64,000 nucleotides of DNA from an uncultured bacterium (GCA_963703265.1 OY969806.1:722407-786406), one strand, 5' to 3'; shown: positions 19,817 to 28,426, counted from the stretch's first letter. Notes: a model not told the origin generated them from the letters alone. Program-made: numbers and translations.

Positions 19817-20971
19817 TTATAATAACAGTTTTGTTATAATTTCATTTTCTACAATTAATCCTGCTGGAGTTAATTGTAAAAATCCATCAACCTCGACAAT
19901 TAAATTTTTTTGTTTTAGTGTATCAATTTTTATAATTAGTTCATTTTTCTGTAGTTCCGTTAAATTGTTACTTATTTCTTTCCAACAAACCCCCTTTATT
20001 CTTCTTAATCCAAGCATAATTTTTTCAGCATATATTTGATCTTTGGTAATCATTTCGGCAAATACGGGTTTATAGGTGTTTTGCTCAATGCTTTCTAAAT
20101 ACTTAATAAGATTTTTTTCATTTTGCAGGCGAGAGATACCATCAAACGAACATGCGCCAAGTCCAAATCCTCGATAAGGATTGCGTTCCCAATAAGTGGT
20201 ATTATGTCGTGATTCCTTTCTGTTGCGTGCAAAACTAGAAATTTCATATTGATTAAACCCATGTTTGGCAAGAAATTTGCGAGACCAATAATAAGCATTA
20301 ACAACAACATCGTCGCATGGTAAAATAACTTTTTTTGATTTAATGTTAAAAAATAATGGCGTGCTATCATGTATTTCTAAAATATACATTGATATATGGG
20401 TAATTTTCCATGTAACGATTTTTGTTAGTAATTCCTCCCATTCCTGTGTGCTAACTCCAGGTAGTCCTAAAATTATATCAACAGATATGTTATCAAAAAA
20501 GTCTGGTGCTTTATCAAGCAAAGAATAAACATCGGTTGCTTTTTGTAAGCGATTGAGTTTGTGTAATACGGAATCATTAAGACTTTGTACTCCAATGCTG
20601 ATACGATTGATGCCTAATTTTTTCCATAATGCAAGTTGTTCAAAGCGTACGGTGCCTGGGTTAACTTCTAAAGTAATTTCTATGTTATTTTCAAAATTAA
20701 ATAATTCTTTGAGTGTATCAAACATATGCGTGAGCAAATGGTCAGGATACGTGCTTGGTGTCCCTCCGCCAAAATAAATTGTATCAAGAGATAGTTTATG
20801 AGTATGATTATAGGCAAATTGTTTAATTTCTTGAATGAGAGCGTTATGGTATCGTTCCATAAATGGATCATGTGATGCTAAGGCAACAAAGGGACAATAG
20901 TGGCAACGATAGGGGCAAAATGGCCAATGGATATAGAGAGATCGTGTATGAGATGAGATATCATAATGCAT
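19817..20971 (-). CDS. hemW: Radical SAM heme chaperone HemW (HemN-like)
   Basis: LYIHWPFCPYRCHYCPF (CxxxCxxC), YFGGGTPS, C-terminal HemN_C-like region. Confidence 0.85.
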   Translation of the reverse strand: MHYDISSHTRSLYIHWPFCPYRCHYCPFVALASHDPFMERYHNALIQEIKQFAYNHTHKLSLDTIYFGGGTPSTYPDHLLTHMFDTLKELFNFENNIEITLEVNPGTVRFEQLALWKKLGINRISIGVQSLNDSVLHKLNRLQKATDVYSLLDKAPDFFDNISVDIILGLPGVSTQEWEELLTKIVTWKITHISMYILEIHDSTPLFFNIKSKKVILPCDDVVVNAYYWSRKFLAKHGFNQYEISSFARNRKESRHNTTYWERNPYRGFGLGACSFDGISRLQNEKNLIKYLESIEQNTYKPVFAEMITKDQIYAEKIMLGLRRIKGVCWKEISNNLTELQKNELIIKIDTLKQKNLIVEVDGFLQLTPAGLIVENEIITKLLL

Positions 20972-21211
20972 AATAATCCATTTTTTCGTGCAAAATCTAA
21001 AAAATAATACATTTTATTGTACCATAGATCGTGGTTGTCAGCAAATTGTGTAGTAAAGTTAAAGCGTTAAGAGTAGATTTTTTTATTAATATGACAGAAA
21101 ACCCCGTTGCTTCCTAGCGCCTTTTAAGGCCGGGGATGAATGTCATCATATGAGCTAATGATTAAGACAATAAGTCGAAATCAGTAGCGTAAATTACTAA
21201 AATAAAAATTA

Positions 21212-21238
21212 CAAAAAACACCGGCCTTTAGGCCGGTC
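21212..21238 (-). terminator. Rho-independent terminator of the 21244..21900 gene
   Basis: Minus strand: GACCGGCC-taaa-GGCCGGTG followed by TTTTTT, starting 5 nt after the stop. Confidence 0.7.
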
Positions 21239-21243
21239 GAAAT

Positions 21244-21900
21244 TTATTGTGATGAATTATTAGTGTCATATAATATGTTTGCCATTGTTATTATTTCATC
21301 AGGAGGTGTGCATCGCATGGTATAAATGTTTTGAATGAGGGTTTTAAATTCTTCTATGGCGATAGTATTGGGAATAGTAGTAAATATTTTTCTGTTTTCT
21401 GTTAATTCTGGAGTAAAAAAAACTCCATATTTGGAGGCATTGTTTAGGGCAGTTAAAATTTTTGTATTTTCTTTATGAAAGGAAAGTTCTTCTTTTGTTG
21501 GTGAGGTAAAATTGTTTTTTGTAAGAAGTTCATTGTATTGACGAAGCCTTTCAAAAAAAACACTAATATAGGCAGGGCCATTATAAGGTGCATTGGTTAA
21601 ATTAAACAGTTTGTTTTTTACTGAGGATGGTTGATTAAATGCAAATTTGCCGATTTGATTTTCAGTAACATTACTTTGTTTTAATTCTTTTATGTTATTT
21701 AAAATTTCACACAAAACAGTTTCAGCAGTAGTGCTTGTTGGGGTAATTTGGGTGATTTTGTCATATGTTTTGTTATATAAAGTTTGTATGTTTGTGGCTT
21801 TAAATGATGATTGGTCAGCGGATATAACAGTGATTTCCATTGAATAAAGAGAAAAAGAAAGACAGGTTATGATTAGTGACATTGCGTATGATTTGTTCAT
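21244..21900 (-). CDS. Secreted hypothetical protein
   Basis: Signal-like MNKSYAMSLIITCLSFSLYS-MEIT. No recognisable domain. Confidence 0.6.
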   Translation of the reverse strand: MNKSYAMSLIITCLSFSLYSMEITVISADQSSFKATNIQTLYNKTYDKITQITPTSTTAETVLCEILNNIKELKQSNVTENQIGKFAFNQPSSVKNKLFNLTNAPYNGPAYISVFFERLRQYNELLTKNNFTSPTKEELSFHKENTKILTALNNASKYGVFFTPELTENRKIFTTIPNTIAIEEFKTLIQNIYTMRCTPPDEIITMANILYDTNNSSQ

Positions 21901-22020
21901 TGTTACTCCTTTTGATTACATTTTTTCAATGCATTGATTTTTATTTACTTTACTATCATATTAAAAAATATAGTAAAAACATAATTTTTTTGTTTTTACC
22001 ATAAAATGATTTGTTATTAA

Positions 22021-22854
22021 ATGCAAGAGTTAATATTGCGTATAAAAAATAGATTTGTTTTAATAATTCTTTGTTTCATAGTTATGTTCTTTATTTTTCG
22101 TTATTGCGCATTGATTGATGGGTCGTTAATAGGATCTTTTTCATCGTGTGTGATATACCCTTTTTTGCGCGTGCAACATATTGTTGTTGAACCTATTAAA
22201 TTGTGGCTTGATCGACGTATGCAGATGAGGGATCTTTCTGATAAAATACAATGTTTGCAAAAGGAAAGAGATAAGCTTTTTGGGGAAAATATTACTCTTC
22301 AAGCAATGCATTATTATAGTGATGAGACGGCTGAATTGCGTCATTTTAATAAAAGATATTTATTGCAAAAAGGTCGAATTGTACAGGTATTAGCACGACA
22401 TTTTTCATTAAATAATCAATTTTTTTTTATGAATGCTGGTTCGTTTCATGGGATAAAAAAAGATATGATAGCTTTGCATAATAATTGTATAGTAGGTAGG
22501 GTTTGTGAAGTTTATCCATGGTATTGTAAAGTAGTATTAATTACTGATGCTGAATGTAAAATCGCAGTTATTTGTCCTCGATCAGGAGCGAGTGGTATTC
22601 ATGAAGGAATTAACGATGAGCATCATACCGTTTTGCGATATGTAAGTCATTTAAAGAAAGTTGAATTAGATAGTATGATATTTTCAAGCGGAGAAGGTTT
22701 GATTTTTCCGAGTGGATTTGCCGTTGGGGTTATAGAAACGGCAGATAAACAAGATTTATTTTATTCGATTAAAATTAGGCCAGCATTAGATGTGCAGTTA
22801 TTATCTTATTGTGTGCTTATTGCGCGAGAAGAAATTGAAGCAATATCGGCATAG
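22021..22854 (+). CDS. mreC: Rod shape-determining protein MreC
   Basis: N-terminal TM, coiled coil (LQKERDKLFGEN), beta-barrel region with GIKKDMIAL...IVGRV...VVLITD...SSGEGLIFPSGFAVGVI. Confidence 0.8.
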   Translation: MQELILRIKNRFVLIILCFIVMFFIFRYCALIDGSLIGSFSSCVIYPFLRVQHIVVEPIKLWLDRRMQMRDLSDKIQCLQKERDKLFGENITLQAMHYYSDETAELRHFNKRYLLQKGRIVQVLARHFSLNNQFFFMNAGSFHGIKKDMIALHNNCIVGRVCEVYPWYCKVVLITDAECKIAVICPRSGASGIHEGINDEHHTVLRYVSHLKKVELDSMIFSSGEGLIFPSGFAVGVIETADKQDLFYSIKIRPALDVQLLSYCVLIAREEIEAISA

Positions 22855-23552
22855 CAAAATTGATTTTTATGTTCAATCCATTCAATTTCACCTTCAACAA
22901 GTGCCTTTTCTTTGAGAATTTTTATAGCCGTGCACATTGAGCCTAGTTCATTGATTAATCCGAGAGAGAGAGCTTGATGACCAGTAAATATTTGCCCATC
23001 GGCCCAGTTTGCAATGGTTGTAAGAGAAAGTTTCCTTGCGCTTGCAATCTGTTTGATTAATTGTTGGTACGCATTATCTCGTAGTGTGTTTAATGATGTT
23101 TCATCAGACTCTAAGTGTTGTGTTGTTAAGAAGTTAAGTCCAATATTGCCAATAAGTGCTGATTCTGTAGCTATTATATAGTCGCATGCGCTTGAAATAA
23201 GATATCCGCCAGCAGTGCAATTATTTTCTACTACAGCAATTATTGGCTTAGGAAATTCTTTTTTAAGATGTCTAATTTCATGAAAAATTGTTTGACTTGT
23301 TCCCGAGGCAGCATTTAAACAATCTATTTTTATGAGGATTCCTTTTATATGGGAGTTTTTAAAGAAATTGTGCAACTCTGCTGTGTGATGGTATGAGTTT
23401 ATAAGAGTTCCATTGATGTAAATAACACCGATTTGCGTTCGGAGTTCAATAAATGGTGTATATTGTTTTTTTATGTTTTCAATGACCATTGGGCCAACAT
23501 AAATTAATAGGGTGAATGCCATAATAGTTTTGAAGGAGTCAAATAGTGTCAT
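22806..23552 (-). CDS. S49 family (SppA 36K-like) protein, with the predicted nucleophile Ser replaced
   Basis: ClpP/crotonase-like S49 pattern (ILIKIDCLNAASG..., AVVENNCTAGGYLISSACDYIIATESALIGNIGL). The canonical AASGGY reads CTAGGY here. The 3' end overlaps convergent mreC by 49 nt. Confidence 0.7.
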   Translation of the reverse strand: MTLFDSFKTIMAFTLLIYVGPMVIENIKKQYTPFIELRTQIGVIYINGTLINSYHHTAELHNFFKNSHIKGILIKIDCLNAASGTSQTIFHEIRHLKKEFPKPIIAVVENNCTAGGYLISSACDYIIATESALIGNIGLNFLTTQHLESDETSLNTLRDNAYQQLIKQIASARKLSLTTIANWADGQIFTGHQALSLGLINELGSMCTAIKILKEKALVEGEIEWIEHKNQFCYADIASISSRAISTQ

Positions 23553-23709
23553 AGCGGAGCCTTGTGGAAATAAAAAAAGAAGATTTTTTGATGTTTTTTA
23601 GTATCATATATAAAAAAAGAGGATTGGAAAAGAAATGTATGATATTTTTTTTGACTTTTGTGCGTATATCAATTACACTTTCCTGGAGTAAGTTAGGTGG
23701 GATTTGAAA

Positions 23710-23784
23710 GGGCGATTAGCTCAGTGGTAGAGCATCAGTCTTACAAACTGGGGGTCGTAGGTTCGAAACCTACATCGCCCACCA
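23710..23784 (+). tRNA. tRNA-Val (TAC)
   Basis: GGGCGAT acceptor, loop CTTACAA, TTCGAAA T loop, encoded CCA. 75 nt. Confidence 0.9.
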
Positions 23785-23804
23785 GACTTTTTACCCAATT
23801 TTCG

Positions 23805-23855
23805 CAGCCGTTCATCCTGAGCTTGTCGAAGGACAGTTGGGTGCCCATGGGGAAA
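23805..23855. repeat. GC-rich palindromic micro-repeat (core TCATCCTGAGCTTGTCGAAGGAC)
   Basis: A GC-rich island in an AT-rich spacer between tRNA-Val and tRNA-Asn. The core recurs inverted at 61300-61325, and split by an insert inside the ~115-bp repeats at 24.8, 25.9 and 26.0 kb. Confidence 0.7.
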
Positions 23856-23925
23856 GGTGAATTTGCCTTACTCATTTTGAATCTGTTGCAAGAGAGCGAA
23901 TGTGAAATTTTTTTTTGAAATATAT

Positions 23926-24000
23926 TCCTCGGTAGCTCAGTGGTAGAGCAAACGACTGTTAATCGTTAGGTCGCAGGTTCGAGTCCTGCCCGAGGAGCCA
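23926..24000 (+). tRNA. tRNA-Asn (GTT)
   Basis: TCCTCGG acceptor, loop CTGTTAA, TTCGAGT T loop, encoded CCA. 75 nt. Confidence 0.9.
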
Positions 24001-24006
24001 TAATTT

Positions 24007-24084
24007 GGGGTTGTAGCTCAGCTTGGTTAGAGCGTCCGCCTGTCACGCGGAAGGTCGCGGGTTCAAGTCCCGTCAGCCCCGCCA
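24007..24084 (+). tRNA. tRNA-Asp (GTC)
   Basis: GGGGTTG acceptor, loop CTGTCAC, TTCAAGT T loop, encoded CCA. 78 nt. Lies 6 nt after tRNA-Asn. Confidence 0.9.
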
Positions 24085-24119
24085 GTCTTCGCATAAAGTA
24101 GAGCCTGGTGGGTTTTTTT
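24079..24119 (+). terminator. Terminator of the tRNA cluster, using the tRNA-Asp 3' end as the 5' half of its stem
   Basis: CCGCCAG...CTGGTGG stem followed by TTTTTTT. Confidence 0.55.
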
Positions 24120-24157
24120 ATTTATAAATCAATTTTTTTGTCTGTAGTTACATTGTC

Positions 24158-24721
24158 ATGCATAAATATCAAATATCTTTGTTGTTATTTACTGGTTTTT
24201 TTATCTCATTAATTTTTTGTTGTACAAAAAATAAATTAATTGTTGTGATGGGTGCTTCTTGTTCGGGTAAATCAACGTTAAGTAAAGAGTTGCTACAAAA
24301 TTTGGGAGATGGATGGAAGTTTGTTGAACTTGATGAGATTGAAGATCAATGTAAGGCAAAAAAAATCACAATAACTAATGAAGAGCTCATTACAATGGTA
24401 GTGTATCAAGTTAATGAACACTTGGATAACAAATATAACGTTCTTGTTGATACAAATATTTATCATAATGATTTTTCTAAAATTGATTGTGATTATAAAA
24501 AGATTGTATGGGTTTATTGTCCATTAAATATTTTACTGGTAAGAAATGCTGAACGTGATAAGGTGTTGCAAAGACGTGGCGATAATGCGCGATATGCACG
24601 AGAATATACTCAAAAAACATTTTATAATTTTGAAAATTATCCATGTTATGATCTGAAAATAGATTCTTCTCTCATGTCTTTAGATGAAAGTTTAGAAAAA
24701 ATTTTTGCATTTATTTTTTGA
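24158..24721 (+). CDS. P-loop kinase, chloramphenicol-phosphotransferase-like (CPT family), with an N-terminal TM
   Basis: Walker A VVMGASCSGKSTLSKEL right after a hydrophobic N-terminus. Small kinase-size protein. Family assignment by resemblance only. Confidence 0.5.
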   Translation: MHKYQISLLLFTGFFISLIFCCTKNKLIVVMGASCSGKSTLSKELLQNLGDGWKFVELDEIEDQCKAKKITITNEELITMVVYQVNEHLDNKYNVLVDTNIYHNDFSKIDCDYKKIVWVYCPLNILLVRNAERDKVLQRRGDNARYAREYTQKTFYNFENYPCYDLKIDSSLMSLDESLEKIFAFIF

Positions 24722-24840
24722 ATTAATGCGAGTTCGATGTAAATATATTCATAATTACAATGATTTGATCGTTATATTCTCGCTCTGTTCGTCCTGAGTG
24801 TTTTTGTCTTGCAAAAATGTATCGAAGGATGAAGTATAGA
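24722..24840 (+). repeat. Composite ~115-bp repeat, copy 1. It begins directly after the stop codon of 24158..24721.
   Basis: ttaatgcgagttcgatgtaaatatat...gatcgttatat...gttcgtcctgagtgtttttgtcttgcaaaaatgtatcgaaggatga. Aligns with 25787..25908. Confidence 0.85.
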
Positions 24841-25009
24841 AAGATTATTAATATGTAATGTATTATTTGTTCCTGTTTTTACCAACGGTAAATATTATAT
24901 AAGTCCTGATGCAGATGGCCATAACGGTGGTTTTTGGAAAGTTTTTAGTAAAGCTGGTAAGCGGTTGTATACTTGTAATATAGATTTAACAAAAATTATT
25001 GGAGAATAA
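24833..25009 (+). pseudogene. Orphan 3' relic of a polymorphic-toxin-like gene (C-terminal 58 codons, no start codon)
   Basis: Open frame SIERLLICNVLFVPVFTNGKYYISPDADGHNGGFWKVFSKAGKRLYTCNIDLTKIIGE* with no Met, bounded upstream by TGA at 24830. The stop lies 3 nt before the next ATG. The D..GH.GG.WK....GKR..T.D tail resembles toxin C-termini as I remember them. Confidence 0.35.
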
Positions 25010-25012
25010 TAG

Positions 25013-25465
25013 ATGAATATGTCTATAAAAATTATAGATGCAAATCCTAAAAAGAAATGGGGGGTTTTTACGATAAAGGGGGAAATTAATATTAATGATT
25101 TTAAGGAAACTTTGTATCCTTCATTGGATTGGTGGAGTTTAGATGATTATCGATTACAATGGCAAGAAGGTTTAAGGCGACTAATAGATCATGATCGTTC
25201 TTGTTTGGTTGCAACAGTAGATAATCCCAAACTTAGAAAGTTTATAGAGTGGTGGTTATTATATAAAATTGGAGATAAGGTTTATATTAGAAATAGTATA
25301 GTTTTGAGTGATATTTATGAGGAATATATTGGAGACAAGCCCTTTACTGTAGATAATTGTTATGATTTTATCCCTGGCAAAGGAGAATCATATGATGAAG
25401 ATGGAAATAAAATTGCAGAATGGGTTGTTGATTGGAATTGCAATAGAATTGATCAGCAACATTGA
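25013..25465 (+). CDS. Hypothetical cytoplasmic W-rich protein; candidate immunity protein
   Basis: Clean 150-aa ORF starting 3 nt after the relic's stop. No signal peptide. Its position is typical of an immunity gene. Confidence 0.6.
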   Translation: MNMSIKIIDANPKKKWGVFTIKGEININDFKETLYPSLDWWSLDDYRLQWQEGLRRLIDHDRSCLVATVDNPKLRKFIEWWLLYKIGDKVYIRNSIVLSDIYEEYIGDKPFTVDNCYDFIPGKGESYDEDGNKIAEWVVDWNCNRIDQQH

Positions 25466-25484
25466 TTACTGTTGAGTTGAATTA

Positions 25485-25778
25485 ATGATTATCATTTGTA
25501 GGTCGGTCAAATATTACTCTCGTAAGGATGAGGATGCTTTTTTTGAATGGATAAAGAAAATTGATTGTATTGATAGTGTGGTTGGGGTAGGTAAAGAATT
25601 GCATTTGGGGATTACATGTAAAAATTTACATGATAATGATTTGCGAGATTTGCTGGCATTATTTTATCGATATGATCTTGATATGCAACAATTGCAATGT
25701 TTTTTAAATGAAGAAAATAAGACGTGGTTTTATAATAATAAAGAAGCATATTGGTATAAGAGAGTATTTGGTAGATAA
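25485..25778 (+). CDS. Small hypothetical protein; second candidate immunity-type gene
   Basis: 97-aa ORF. The pattern DEDAFFEWIKKI...LRDLLALFYRYDLDMQQLQCF...WF recalls small proteins seen in toxin/immunity loci (from memory only). Confidence 0.55.
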   Translation: MIIICRSVKYYSRKDEDAFFEWIKKIDCIDSVVGVGKELHLGITCKNLHDNDLRDLLALFYRYDLDMQQLQCFLNEENKTWFYNNKEAYWYKRVFGR

Positions 25779-25786
25779 TTAATATT

Positions 25787-25899
25787 TTAACTAACGCGAG
25801 TTCGATGTAAATATATTTATAATTATAATGATTAGATCGTTATATCCTTCTTCCGTTCGTCCTGAGTGTTTTTGTCTTGCAAAAATGTATCGAAGGATG
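25787..25899 (+). repeat. Composite repeat, copy 2. Left arm of a perfect 113-bp inverted repeat.
   Basis: Checked base by base: its reverse complement equals 25995..26107. It starts 9 nt after the stop of 25485..25778. Confidence 0.9.
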
Positions 25900-25994
25900 A
25901 AATATAAGACAAAAAACAGAATATGTTATATTTATGTTTTTTGTTTGTGTATATCTATATCAAGAGTTTTAAATGCTAAAATATGATTAGATCG

Positions 25995-26107
25995 CATCCT
26001 TCGATACATTTTTGCAAGACAAAAACACTCAGGACGAACGGAAGAAGGATATAACGATCTAATCATTATAATTATAAATATATTTACATCGAACTCGCGT
26101 TAGTTAA
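25995..26107 (-). repeat. Composite repeat, copy 3. Right arm of the perfect inverted repeat.
   Basis: Identical to the reverse complement of 25787..25899. The spacer is 95 nt. It lies 47 nt beyond the stop of the minus-strand gene 26155..26625. Confidence 0.9.
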
Positions 26108-26154
26108 GGTTTTTTTTCATATTTTTGGGTGAAAGTTTAAAAAAAATTTTTGCA

Positions 26155-26625
26155 TTAATTTTTTAAATATATAAGTATACTCGTTGCAGTGAAATTGATG
26201 AAAAACACCATATGAAAAATTACGTGCAATGTATTTGGAATAGGATTAGTGCCGATGCGTGGTAAAAACGTATGTGTTGAAGAATAGACTTCTTGTAACT
26301 CTTTTACTTGTTGAGCAGGCCAGCCAAAAAAGTAGGGAATCCACCAAGAAAAAATAATTCCCATACCAAAAAGAATATTGCATAAAAATAGATAAAGTTT
26401 TGCGTAGAATGGAAGCGGCGTTGACCAATACCATAATAAAATAAGTGTGTACACAGCAAAAAATGGTGTATTGATAATTGTCATTAAAATTTTGTTACGT
26501 AATGAACAATGTTTGTTGAATGTTGTAAGGTCATTAAGAGGATATATATTAATCCAGTCATGAAATAAAAGAAACAGTGTAATGAGTATTGAGCTTATGA
26601 GACTTATCATTAACCATGTTATCAT
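26155..26625 (-). CDS. 4-TM membrane protein, unknown function
   Basis: 156-aa ORF with four W/F-rich hydrophobic helices. Confidence 0.6.
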   Translation of the reverse strand: MITWLMISLISSILITLFLLFHDWINIYPLNDLTTFNKHCSLRNKILMTIINTPFFAVYTLILLWYWSTPLPFYAKLYLFLCNILFGMGIIFSWWIPYFFGWPAQQVKELQEVYSSTHTFLPRIGTNPIPNTLHVIFHMVFFINFTATSILIYLKN

Positions 26626-26722
26626 AGTGCATAATCCTTTGATTGTGATTTTATTTTTTTACTATAGCATAGTTATAAAATTTTGTTTAACTGATTAGCT
26701 TTTTATAAAGGAGAGATGTTTG

Positions 26723-28045
26723 ATGAAAAAGTACAACAATATAATGGTTTTACTCATGTTATTGTTATCTAACATGCCAATAAATGGAATGGAGGAGAGA
26801 GATCCTCAAGGGCCGATGGATTCTACATGGTTTTATGATCCTCATTGTATAGCTTTAACGGGCAATCAGTTTTATCAAAAACAAGAATGGGATAAAGCTT
26901 CAGATGCTTATAAAAATTTTTTAGTAGACAAACAACATAGTGAGTATAATAAACATAAGGTTGGGTTAAACTTGGCGTCATGTTTGCTTGCACAGGGTCA
27001 AGCGACACCTCATTGGGCTTGTTTTGATAGATTATTGAATATTGCAGAAGATAGACTTGTGCCTATCATGTCAGCTGGATCTATTTTCGGCAATGATAAA
27101 GAAGCATTAAAAGAACTTGATTTAGCGCAAGATGAATTAGTATGGGTATCAAGGGAAGATAAAAATTTAGTATTAGTCAGAACTGATCAAATTGGCATTG
27201 GTGATATTTTTCATTTTATATCAGCAGTTGATTTTTTTATAAAACTTACTAACTCTAAAGTAACAGTTTCTGTGCCTCAGTTTCTTAAAGATACTTTAAC
27301 GCCTGCGGCAGAGGCATATGGTTTTAATATTATTGGAACAAAAGATGATGTGCCAAAAACTGATTATGAAACACATTTGATATCGTTGCTTGGGTATCTT
27401 CAGCTTAGTCCTTCTCAATTAAATCCGGCAAAAGTTGTATTCACTGCACCAGAAAGAGCGATGAATGCTGTTTTGGAGCAAATAGCGGGTCCATTGAATC
27501 TTAAGTATACTGTTGCAGCGGTATTTGCGGGTGAAAATCGACAGGCAAAATTGATAGGTGGTAAAAAACTTCCTAACGATGCAAAAAGTCATGGGCGACA
27601 TCTTAATTCCGAAGGTTTTGAGGCTTTATTGGATAATTATTCAAAGCTGATGTTGATAGATTGTGGAACAAAGGCAAGTAGGATTACTATTAATAAAGAA
27701 TCCAATAAAGATCGGTGCTTGATGATTGCTGATGAAAAACAAGCATTTGATACGATTATTGCGTTGGGGTCAATTATGAATAAAGAAAAAAATATTATCG
27801 GTATTGGTGCTGATAATGGACCAACAAACGTTTTTGTGCGCTCTCTTACTAATGATGGGCAAGATCGTATGGCATTAATTACCCCAAATCCTCAAGAATA
27901 TGATGCGCGTATGGAAAATTGTAAAGATAAAAGTGATAAATATAAGCAACCGATTTCTAATGCGTGGATATATAAGTGTAAATCACCTTCAATTAAGCAT
28001 CAGACTAAGATGATTGAAAGAGTCTATCAGGATCTGACGCATTAA
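26723..28045 (+). CDS. Secreted protein with an N-terminal TPR-like segment; the C-terminal part is weakly GT9-like
   Basis: AAGGAGAG RBS then ATG at 26723. Signal MKKYNNIMVLLMLLLSNMPING-MEERD. TPR-like YQKQEWDKASDAYKNFL. IGIGDIFHFISAV resembles the heptosyltransferase-type GxGD motif (weak). Confidence 0.55.
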   Translation: MKKYNNIMVLLMLLLSNMPINGMEERDPQGPMDSTWFYDPHCIALTGNQFYQKQEWDKASDAYKNFLVDKQHSEYNKHKVGLNLASCLLAQGQATPHWACFDRLLNIAEDRLVPIMSAGSIFGNDKEALKELDLAQDELVWVSREDKNLVLVRTDQIGIGDIFHFISAVDFFIKLTNSKVTVSVPQFLKDTLTPAAEAYGFNIIGTKDDVPKTDYETHLISLLGYLQLSPSQLNPAKVVFTAPERAMNAVLEQIAGPLNLKYTVAAVFAGENRQAKLIGGKKLPNDAKSHGRHLNSEGFEALLDNYSKLMLIDCGTKASRITINKESNKDRCLMIADEKQAFDTIIALGSIMNKEKNIIGIGADNGPTNVFVRSLTNDGQDRMALITPNPQEYDARMENCKDKSDKYKQPISNAWIYKCKSPSIKHQTKMIERVYQDLTH

Positions 28046-28062
28046 GAATTAATGAATAAAAA

Positions 28063-28102
28063 ACAGCATTAGAATTATAAAAAGTTCTGATGCTGTTTTT
28101 TT
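28063..28102 (+). terminator. Rho-independent terminator
   Basis: ACAGCATTAGAA...TTCTGATGCTGT stem followed by TTTTTTT. Confidence 0.7.
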
Positions 28103-28216
28103 ATTTATGGGCGTGTAATCCTTTACAAAAGATCATTTTTGGATTACTTTTAGAATATATTTGTTACGGTTATATAGTCTTTTATCATATAAAAATATAA
28201 ATTATTAGGGCATAGT

Positions 28217-28420
28217 ATGAAAAAAAATATACATCCAGAGCTTCATGAAGTTACCGCGCGTTGTGCATGTGGCAATGCGTTTGATACTCATTCAACAGCT
28301 ACAGAGCTAAGAGTTACTATTTGTTCGAATTGTCATCCATTTTTTACTGGTGCGCAAAAGTTTGTGGATACTGCGGGTCGAATTGATAAATTTAATAAAA
28401 AATATTCAAAAAAAGCATAA
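28217..28420 (+). CDS. rpmE: 50S ribosomal protein L31 (Zn-ribbon type)
   Basis: MKKNIHPE..., CxC...CxxC, HPFFTG. Confidence 0.95.
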   Translation: MKKNIHPELHEVTARCACGNAFDTHSTATELRVTICSNCHPFFTGAQKFVDTAGRIDKFNKKYSKKA

Positions 28421-28426
28421 CTTTCT

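Noticed and set aside
21094-21150. Long imperfect hairpin ATGACA..CCCCG...AGGAAGCAA..CGGGG..TGTCAT (minus strand), considered as a small SRP (4.5S) RNA
   Set aside because: It contains an AGGAAGCA string, but there is no GNRA tetraloop and no symmetric/asymmetric loop arrangement as in helix 8. It is only ~57 nt. I cannot support an ncRNA call without a covariance-model scan.
23697-23918. 73-aa ORF (…FILSLSKDSWVP…)
   Set aside because: It runs straight through tRNA-Val and the GC-rich micro-repeat, so it is a spurious translation of structured RNA/repeat DNA.
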